Shown here: piece by piece, positions 53,959 through 64,000 of the stretch
Layout of the letters: each line of letters begins with the position of its first letter
Position numbering within the stretch: position 1 is the first letter of the stretch
Source of the DNA: Eledone cirrhosa
Taxonomy: Eukaryota
NCBI GenBank assembly: GCA_964016885.1
Contig: OZ024764.1
Location: forward strand, 14,446,001-14,510,000
Length of the DNA stretch: 64,000 nucleotides
Direction: 5' to 3'
Notes under the pieces: model-generated
What the model was told of the DNA's origin: nothing
The model's input: the letters and a program-made list of their open reading frames with translations, nothing else
The model's database searches: none
Position numbers and translations under genes: made by a program

Positions 53959-55123
53959 AAGCTTCCCTGGCAGCCATGAAGCAATCCATACTACTACAAA
54001 TGACACCTTAGCCAGGCTCACCAGTCTCCATCTGTCTCTCTAACTATTGTACAGCTATCATACAACAACAAGATATATCCAATAATCAACATAAACTATA
54101 GGGTTTCTCTTATGCAAGCCATATACATTTATTAATAACAAATTTCCCAGTGTGTATAATGGTCCATATATCCAATAAACCCGCTATATATAACATCCCC
54201 CTCCCACCCGTGTCAGTAATCAACAGAAACTATAGGGTTTCTCTTATGCAAGCCATTGTGCATATGTCATGCGACGAGAAGAAGAAAAGTAGAAGGACTG
54301 GTTTGTTTGTTATTTTCTTTGTTGTTGTTGTTGTTCTTTTTCACTGGAGGGAAGGGCTATACTCATGGCCCCCTTCTTTCAGGGCCCTTCGAAACTATAG
54401 GGAGGTAGGTAGGTAGGTACCACCCCTCCCCAAACCAAAGACCTCACTCAACCAGATGCTTGCAACAGAGTGGACTCTACTGAAGCCTGCCCAAGAACCA
54501 AGAAAGGCTGGTCAGTTTACCAAAAGGCCTGACACTGTTAGATCTGTTTGCTACCAAATACCCTAACCATTTTCATTCTTATTCTTTGCCCACTCATTCC
54601 AGGAAGGGTCACGGGGGTAGAGTTCTCAAACATTCCCTCAGTGGGTCCTGCCAGAAATACCTGTCTCCACCTATTCTAGCTGGATCCCCAAGTGAGATCA
54701 GTTGAGTTTGTGTGTATATATATATATATATATATATTTATTAAAATAACAGATTAAGCAATTCTTTGCTTAAACTTTAATCTGTTATTTTAATAAATAT
54801 TTGCTCTACGTTTCTTATATTTTATATATATTTATCCTTATCGAGCCCTCTTTGGATTTTAGTCTTCAAATTTATTATTATTACTATATATATATATATA
54901 TATATAGGAACCAGTAAGACCCCGACGGCTGAGCTCAAGCCGTTTCGACGGCTAATTCTGGACTAAATTAGTCCAGAATTAGCCGTCGAAATGGCTTGAG
55001 CTCAGCCGTCGGGGTCTTACTGGTTCCTATTACCCACTCTACAACCCCAAGTATTGAGTACTTTGGTGCGTTATGGTCCACCTGGTTCCTTACCACATTT
55101 CCTTCGTTATATATATATATATA

Positions 55124-55340
55124 AGGCGTGTGGCTGAGTGGTTAGAGAATTGGATTCGCAATCGTGAGGTTGTGAGTTCGATTCCCAGACCAGGTGATGC
55201 GTTATGTCCTTGAGCAAGACACTTTATTTCACGTTGCTCCTTCTACCTGGAATTGCGACCGATAGATAGTATTAGCAATTGGAAAAACCAATAGAAACAT
55301 TGTTTCCTCGGTCCAATTTGATGAAAGTCGATCGTTCCTG
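55124..55340 (+). mobile_element. Related tRNA-SINE family A2 (also 31915-32135 on minus; head at 50268-50410)
   Basis: A/B boxes and the same core as family A, with a different 3' end. Confidence 0.8.
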
Positions 55341-55954
55341 ATATATATATATATAAAACATTCAAAGTTATAGATATCACATTTGAGATAATCTCAAACA
55401 TGTGTTTTGTCTCCCAAAATAAGCTCAAAGAAAAAATTCAAAGAATAAATTCGAGCATTTAATCATTAGAAAATAGTGAATGTCATATATATCATAAATA
55501 TCTAATGATATAAATGTACAATAGAACATATCAAGGTTTAATAAGAGACAATCTGTATAGCATGAAAGAATACATAGTTGGATGGGTGCTACACGAGAAT
55601 GCTGAGGATGGCTCTGAACATTAATCAGTATACACTGAGGATGAAAAACTCAGAGCTGTATGGGAGCATCCCAAAAGTCAGCTCAAAAGTGACACAGAGG
55701 AGACTGAGGTTGGCTGGACATGCTCACCGACATCCAGAGTTGACATTGCACTCAGTGCTCCTTTGGGAGCCCCTACATGGACACACTGGAAGAGGAAGAC
55801 CAAGGTTAACATATGTTGATGCCCTAAGGACAGACACTGGTCTGTTGGAGATGCAGGATATGGCAGCGATAATGAGGGACAGAGACCGCTGGAGAGAACT
55901 CGTCCATGGATCTCGGGAATTTTACCCGCCTTAGATAGATAGATAGATGTATAT

Positions 55955-56382
55955 ATATCACAGAAAAAAAGAGAATCAGTGTTGCGATGAATGGAATTTA
56001 TTGGACATATTACAAAACGATTGTAATATGTCCAATAAATTCCATTCATCGCAACACTGATTCTCTTTTTTTCTGTGATATCATACTCTGCTCTGTGAGA
56101 GCATTGAGTGCTCAAACGGCCTACCACATACGGACGCTTTAAGCATCCAACACCAATTATATATATATATATATATAGTTTCCGTAGGAAAGGTAAAAGA
56201 AAGGAGAGTGCTATGTATGCTACAGACCTATTTAATTATGTAATAAACAACATAAGACAATTATTCCATTTACCAAAGGTTTCACGAAGACAGACGAGCT
56301 TGAGACAGACGTCTGTGTCGAGCTTGTCTGTCTTCGTGAAACCTTTGGTAAATGGAATAATTGTCTTATGTTGTTTATTACA

Positions 56383-56385
<3 letters not shown>
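55955..56385. repeat. Two adjacent foldback palindromes (55955-56081 and 56236-56385)
   Basis: The second is centred on GACGTC and carries GAAAcc-ttt-ggTA, the HHR 3' half resembling the 31.4-kb copy. Confidence 0.8.
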
Positions 56386-56421
<36 letters not shown>

Positions 56422-56899
56422 GTACATACTTTCCCCACTTATTCCTGGTAAGATCATGGGACAGAGTCCTTAAACATCCCTTCCAGTGGGTCCTGTCTGA
56501 AGTAACCACCTCCAACCGATCCAGCTGGATTCCTAAGCTAGACCAGCCAAGCTCATGGATGTTATCCAACCATCTTACTCAGGGTTTACCTCTGGGTCTC
56601 TTGCCCATACTATGAGCTGTGATCTCTTCTTAATTTGGGGAAGTAGCAGCTCTACCTTGAGCCACACCCTGACCTCTAAGCCCTGCACCCGCAGGAGTTC
56701 AGCTAAACCAGCATAGCTGTGAGCTGCAACAGCAACATAAAACTGGCACCCCCATCATTAAAACACCCAACAAACTTCCTATGAGATACAACCTTGAAGG
56801 AGGCCTGCTAAACCTACATAGGGGTGAGCTGTAACAACAACATAAGACTGGGTCCCTATCATTAAAACACTCAAGAAACCTCATGAGATACAACCCCAT

Positions 56900-58050
56900 A
56901 GGAGGTCAGTTAAACCCACATAGGTCTGAGCTGTAAAAACAACATGATAGGACTGGGACCTCTGATCGGAGGTCAGCTAGACCTACATAGGTGTGAGCTG
57001 TAAAACATGATAGGACTGAGGCCTCTGATCGGAGGTCAGCTAAACCTACATAGGTGTGAGCTGTAAAACATGATAGGACTGAGGCCTCTGATCGGAGGTC
57101 AGCTAAACCTACATAGGTGTGAGCTGTAAAACATGATAGGACTGGGGCCTCTGATCGGAGGTCAGCTAAACCTACATAGGTGTGAGCTGTAAAACATGAT
57201 AGGACTGGGGCCTCTGATCGGAGGTCAGCTAAACCTACATAGGTGTGAGCTGTAAAACATGATAGAACTGAGGCCTCTGATCGGAGGTCAGCTAAACCTA
57301 CATAGGTGTGAGCTGTAAAACATGATAGGACTGAGGCCTCTGATCGGAGGTCAGCTAAACCTACATAGGTGTGAGCTGTAAAAACAACATGATAGGACTG
57401 GGACCTCTGATCGGAGGTCAGCTAAACCCACATAGGTGTGAGCTGTAAAAACAACATGATAGGACTGGGACCTCTGATCGGAGGTCAGCTAAACCCACAT
57501 AGGTCTGAGCTGTAAAAACAACATGATAGGACTGGGACCTCTGATCGGAGGTCAGCTAAACCTACATAGGTGTGAGCTGTAAAACATGATAGGACTGAGG
57601 CCTCTGATCGGAGGTCAGCTAAACCCACATAGGTCTGAGCTGTAAAAACAACATGATAGGACTGAGGCCTCTGATCGGAGGTCAGCTAAACCTACATAGG
57701 TGTGAGCTGTAAAACATGATAGGACTGAGGCCTCTGATCGGAGGTCAGCTAAACCTACATAGGTGTGAGCTGTAAAACATGATAGGACTGAGGCCTCTGA
57801 TCGGAGGTCAGCTAAACCTACATAGGTGTGAGCTGTAAAACATGATAGGACTGGGGCCTCTGATCGGAGGTCAGCTAAACCTACATAGGTGTGAGCTGTA
57901 AAACATGATAGGACTGAGGCCTCTGATCGGAGGTCAGCTAAACCTACATAGGTGTGAGCTGTAAAACATGATAGGACTGAGGCCTCTGATCGGAGGTCAG
58001 CTAAACCTACATAGGTGTGAGCTGTAAAACATGATAGGACTCAGGCCTCT
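56900..58050. repeat. 63/67-bp tandem array (about 17 copies) within a dispersed repeat also present inverted at 33745-34170
   Basis: ggaggtcagctaaacctacataggtgtgagctgtaaaacatgataggactgaggcctctgatc unit. Confidence 0.9.
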
Positions 58051-59464
58051 ATCTGTGATACCTCCTGTGGACGTCAGCTAAACCCTCATAGGTCTGAGCT
58101 GTAAAAACAAAATGATAGGACTGGGGCCTCTGTGAAACTTCCTATGGGATACAACCACATAGGGGGTCAGTTAAATCTACATGGGTGTGAGCAGTGAAAT
58201 TTAATTTCATTTTTCCATAGCCTCATGTCACAGTTTGCTCCCTACTGTTGACACCACCACCATCACCACAACCACCACTACTTCTACCACAACCACTACT
58301 TCCAATACATCTGTCCCCAGCTGGTCTCCCCTTCCTGTTTGCGTGTGTGTGTGTGACTTGTATGTGATGTGGTAAGCCGTTGCAATGCGGTGTGACTTGT
58401 GCACATGGAGAGGAAGTCGAGCTTTGCTGTTCTGAGGCTCGTGTTGACTGCATGTGTGAGACATGTGGCAAATGTGAGCTCTATGTGATGTGGTGCAGCA
58501 TTGTGTTGGTTCGATGTGAATTGTGCATGTGGAGAGGACGACATGCTCTGTTGCTTTTGTTGAGTGTATGTGTGTGCATGACATCTGGTGTGGTGTATGT
58601 GACCTGTGTGTGAGACTTGTGATGTAGTGTTGGTGTGATGCGGTGTGACTAGTGCACATGGAAAGGACATTAAGCCCTACCGACTGTGTAACTCCCTTTG
58701 TTGAGCATGTGAATAACATATTTAGTATGGTGGGGTGTGAGCTACGCGTGCGCAATGGTTGATGTGATGCAGCAGAGCACTGGTGTTGGTGTGATGCGGT
58801 GTGACTAGTGTGCATGGAGAGGACGTAACTCTCTTTGTCGAGCATGTGCATAGCATATATTGTGTGGTGTGGTGTGGTGCGGCTTAGGTGTGAGCAATGG
58901 TTGATGTGATCTGGTGGAGCGCTGTGGTGTTGGTGTGATGCGGTGTGACTAGTGTATGTGGAGAGGACGTGTAGCCCTGCTGACTGTGGAACTTTCTTTG
59001 TTCAGCAATCTGGTCTATTGGATGTTCAACGTCTGTTGCAAGCTGATGGTTTCGCCAGTGACCTCTGACCTCTAAAAATAAAACACCTCCTCACCACCAC
59101 CACCACTACCACCACCACTACTACCACTACTACTACCACAACTACTACTACTACTAACCTGTGTATGGATAGTTGATGTGATAATGAGGTAAGGGACCAA
59201 CCAATCGACCCGCAAAAGAAAACTGTCGACACCAGCTGTTGCTGGGACCCTTTTTTTTGTTGTTTTCCTGTTTTTTTCCTTGATTTTTTTTTTTTTTACA
59301 GTAATTTTTAATTTATTTATTCATTTATTTATTGATGTCACCTCTTTCTTTCTGTCTTTCCTTTTTTCTAATCTTTACCGTATTTCTTTGTGTATAATAC
59401 AACTTAAGTATAATACACCCCCTTTCTATCAAACTAAAGAGAGCAACATTAAACAGAATTAACC

Positions 59465-60560
59465 TACATCCTCGAGCATAAAACCAATTCAGTTTCTGAA
59501 AGTAAAAAATTGATACATCCTTGAGCATAAAACCACCCCAGTTTCTGAAAGTAAAAAATATTTGATACATCCTTGATATAAAACCACCCCAGTTTCTGAA
59601 AATAAACAAAATTGATACATCCTTGAGCATAAAACCATCCCAGTTTCTGAAAGTAAAAAATATTTGATACATCCTTGATATAAAACCACCCCAGTTTCTG
59701 AAAATAAACAAAATTGATACATCCTTGAGCATAAAACCATCCCAGTTTCTGAAAGTAAAAAATATTTGATATATCCTTGAGCATAAAACCGCCCCAGTTT
59801 CTGAAAATAAAAAAACATTTGATACATCCTTGAGCATAAAACCGCCCCAGTTTCTGAAAGTAAAAAAACATTTGATACATCCTTGAGCATAAAACCGCCC
59901 CAGTTTCTGAAAGTAAAAAAGTATTTGATACATCTTCAAGCATTATACCACACAGTTTCTGAAAATAAGAAAAAAATTAATACATCCTTGAGTATGATAT
60001 GACCTGTTTTGAAAGTAAAAAACAACAGGAATTATATCCTTGACTATTATATCCTTGACTATTATATCCTTGACTATTATATCCTTGACTATAATGTAGT
60101 TAAAAGAATGGGCATAAATTATATTCTTGAATATTAAATGAACCTTGTTTCTAAAGCTTAACACCCCCTAAAAAAAAGAAAACCATATAGCTTGCATCCT
60201 TGAGTATTATACCACGACAGTTAATGAAAGCAAAAAAAAAAAGGAGGGAACAAATTATATCCTTAAGTATAATAGGAGTTTTTTTTCTAAAGCTAAACAT
60301 ATGGGAATAATGTATATCCTTGAATATAAAACGACCCTGTTAATGAAAAAATGGGCATTACTTACATCCTTGAGTATTAAATGACCCTTGTTATCGAAGT
60401 TAAAAATATGAGAATTACATCCTTCAATATAATGTGACCCATTTTTCTAAAGCTAAAAAAAAAAAACAGGAATAACTTACATCCTTAAGTATAATATCAC
60501 CCCTGTTTCTGAAATTAAAAAAAATTGGGACAAATTACAACCTTGTGTATAATACATGTT
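59465..60560. repeat. About 51-bp minisatellite decaying toward 3'
   Basis: tgatacatccttgagcataaaaccaccccagtttctgaaa unit; degenerate copies near 45825, 46098 and 47605-47770. Confidence 0.85.
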
Positions 60561-60788
60561 CTGTTAATCAACTTCCTCACACCTCATCTCAACCTTCACC
60601 TTGTCTTTCTTTCTTTCGTTCTTTTTTATTGTTTTGTTTTGTTCTCTTCTCTCTCTCTCTTTCCTCCCTCTCTCTTCTCTTCTCCAACTCGGTTTCTATC
60701 TACTAACTCCCCTTTCTCTCTCCCTCTCCCTCTGTATGTGTGTGTATATATATATATACATACATATACTCATGTATATATATATCAT

Positions 60789-60827
<39 letters not shown>

Positions 60828-60872
60828 CATATATATATATATATCATATATATATATATCATATATATATAT

Positions 60873-60918
<46 letters not shown>

Positions 60919-61207
60919 GTGTGTTATTTTAGAAATTAAATTTAGAATAAATTAAAATTTAATTCCCTTTATTAACATTTTTTGTGACCACATTTGTAAC
61001 GAGAAACACTGGATTTGAAAATAATCAAGAATTAGGGAGAGCGAGGAGAAAAGGGCTTTGCAGGTCCTTAAAATCACAGGTGGGGCTGTGAGGGTGGGGA
61101 GGTGAGTAGGTTGGTATCGTTAAACGAGAGACCTGGTCCCTTAAATGCTTGCAACAGACTGAGTGGCCTCCACTTAAGACACCCATGAGTGATGGCTGGG
61201 ATTAGAG

Positions 61208-62228
61208 TTAACCCTTTACTATTCACATTACTCTATATATACTATTGTATTGTCACAGTAAAGGCTTTACCTCATATAATATCTCACATAACATTTACAT
61301 TACTCTATATATACTATTGTATTTTCACAGTAAAGGCTTTACCTCATATAATATCTCGCATAACATTTACATTACTCTATATATACTATTGTATTGTCAC
61401 AGTAAAGGCTTTACCTCATATAATATCTCACATAACATTTACATTACTCTATATATACTATTGTATTGTCACAGTAAAGGCTTTACCTCACATAATATCT
61501 CACATAGCATTTACATTACTCTATATATACTATTGTATTTTCACAGTAAAGGCTTTACCTCACATAATATCTCACATAACATTTACATTACTCTATATAT
61601 ACTATTGTATTGTCACAGTAAAGGCTTTACCTCACATAATATCTCACATAGCATTTACATTACTCTATATATACTATTGTATTTTCACAGTAAAGGCTTT
61701 ACCTCACATAATATCTCACATAACATTTACATTACTCTATATATACTATTGTATTGTCACAGTAAAGGCTTTACCTCATATAATATCTCACATAACATTT
61801 ACATTACTCTATATATACTATTGTATTTTCACAGTAAAGGCTTTACCTCATATAATATCTCACATAACATTTACATTACTCTATATATACTATTGTATTG
61901 TCACAGTAAAGGCTTTACCTCATATAATATCTCACATAACATTTACATTACTCTATATATACTATTGTATTGTCACAGTAAAGGCTTTACCTTACATAAT
62001 ATCTCACATAACATTTACATTACTCTATATATACTATTGTATTTTCACAGTAAAGGCTTTACCACACATAATTTTCCCACATAATATCGAATCTATGAGA
62101 TTTTGATATTATTTAGTTTAAGAACAATACATTAACATCAGTATGAGTGGCCAGTTATCACCAGTTTGAACAGAAAGAGCTGAGAGAATTCTGACCAGAT
62201 ATGGCCGGTTTAAATACTAAAGGGTTAA
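61208..62228 (-). mobile_element. Same MITE, inverted, with a 72-bp tandem array (about 12 copies)
   Basis: ttaacccttta ... taaagggttaa; array 61220-62070. Confidence 0.75.
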
Positions 62229-63299
62229 GGCGGGTTTTGGTCCTTGGAATTAATAAACCTGATGGAAAAAGGATTATGTGTACCCCTCCCTCACTCCAAA
62301 AATAAATATATATATATATTTATTGCATCCTTCTAAATCCTTTTCTTCTACTTTTACAAAAGCGACAAAAATAATAAAACCCTTCATTTTTCTGCATGAC
62401 TTTATTGTGCATTTGTTTTACTAAAAAAAAGGGGTCCACTTGTTTTTTTAACTAATAAAAAAAATATGGATGACATTTTGTTTTGTTATAAAATAGGGTT
62501 CAGTTTATCACACTAAATAATATGGTTCAGTTTTTCATACTAAAATAGGGTCCACATTTTGTTTTACTAAAAAAATGGGTCCATGTTTTTTTTACTAAAA
62601 AAAAAAAAAAAAATAGGGATCATATTTTTTACTAAAACAAAAACAAATAGGGCCCATATTTTATTTTTCAGAAATAGGGATAACATCTTTTATTAAAAAA
62701 GAAAAGGAAAAATAAGGACTGCCTTGTTTTACTAAAATCAAATAAGGACATTTTTGTTTTACTGAAATAAGGTTTACATTTTAAAACCCTGTAAAAATGA
62801 TTCTAACTGCTTCTACTTCATTTGGTGTCTGCTTGGTCCTGTTCACTAGCGAGCCCATAGCCTAATCCCTATTTTTTGTATTAATGATGCTACTAAAGAC
62901 TGATTTATAACATATATTGTTAAATGTCTTTATATATATATATATATATTTGTATGTATGTATATATGTGTGTATGTATACATGTATGCGTGTATGTATA
63001 TATGTATGTATATGGTCAAAAGGTGAAGGCGCATGGCTTAGTGGTTAAAGCATTGGGCTTGCAATCGAAAGGTTGTGAGTTCAATTCTCGGACCGGGTGA
63101 TGTGTTGTTTCCTTGAGCAAGACACTTTATTTCACGTTGCTCCAGTTTACTCAACTGTAGAAATGAGTACCGGTCTGCCCGGCCAGCCAGTGGGATGGTG
63201 TTATCTTATGGCTAAAACAGCACGATGTGCTGTGACCAGTGGCGCCGATTGGCGCCCGACAGACTGGTCGGTCAAGGTGATCAAGGTGATGTGGTCAAA

Positions 63300-63600
63300 A
63301 GCTGAAGGTTGCTGACAAGATTTGTATATTTGGGAAGTGGTCTGCTCTCTGGATGCAGAAGTTAGTCTGTGTGCTACCAAAGCGAGTGAGTCATATTGAA
63401 GGCTCAGTGACCGTCTGTGGTGCAGGTGAGGAATCACTATGAAGACCAAGGTGAGGGTGTATGCTGCATGTGTACTGTCAGCATTGCTGTATATGTGCGA
63501 GACATGGGTTGCCTACAAACGGCATATCAAAAGACTGGAACGATTTCACCAGCAGTGTCTCAGAAAGATGGTCGCTATCAAGTGGCAGATACATGTCAGT
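63300..63600 (+). pseudogene. Degraded RTE-type LINE fragment
   Basis: KTKVRVYAACVLSALLYMCETW..RHIKRLERFHQQCLRK. Confidence 0.75.
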
Positions 63601-63614
63601 GATATATATGTGTA

Positions 63615-63673
<59 letters not shown>

Positions 63674-64000
63674 ATATGTTGAGAAGGTAACACACCAGAG
63701 AGAGATATATAGTGCGTTATCCATAATACAAGGAAAAAACCACCAGTGTATGGAATCTATAACCTATGAAAGGCAGACTATAGACACGATAATTAAAAGG
63801 ATCTCTTCCCCTTTGAGCACATTATTTACAGGGAATAACGACGGCGTATGCCTCCGTTAATTTATCGTGATATTTCGCTCCTAACAACAGCCTTTCCTAT
63901 CTCTGTTTGGTTGAGCACTCTTCTCTGAGTGGCTTTGGGCTGCCCTTTCTAGCAGTTCGTCTCTCAGAGGCCACTGGTTCACTGCCCTTAAACACGCTGT

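Noticed and set aside
58221-58345. Exon after the catAG acceptor
   Set aside because: Low-complexity (CAC/TAC) content, no convincing donor, not coiled-coil-like

Overview
Eukaryotic, repeat-saturated genomic DNA. The SINE, RTE and microsatellite repertoire resembles an octopod cephalopod; this is inferred from recalled repeat motifs, not from a search. Nine GT-AG exons on the + strand join into one open frame of about 530 codons. They encode the N-terminal half of a CLIP-170/CLIP1 (restin/CLIP-190)-family protein: two CAP-Gly domains, a Ser-rich linker and the start of the coiled coil. The gene begins upstream of the window and continues beyond it. Introns hold tRNA-derived SINEs, RTE-type LINE 3' fragments, TTAA piggyBac-like MITEs and many minisatellites visibly derived from TE fragments or from the gene's own exon/intron junctions. 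The most striking unannotated signal is about 12 foldback palindromes inserted in (TA)n tracts, plus at least five sequence types of hammerhead-ribozyme (HHR) motifs with Penelope-like-element architecture. One HHR has a stem II inflated by a 16-copy 24-bp satellite that reads as perfect 5' splice sites on the host strand. Sense-strand HHRs are either damaged or lie opposite an antisense arm, while most antisense copies are intact. Nearly all ORFs in the supplied track are microsatellite or satellite artefacts. All structures were folded by eye.
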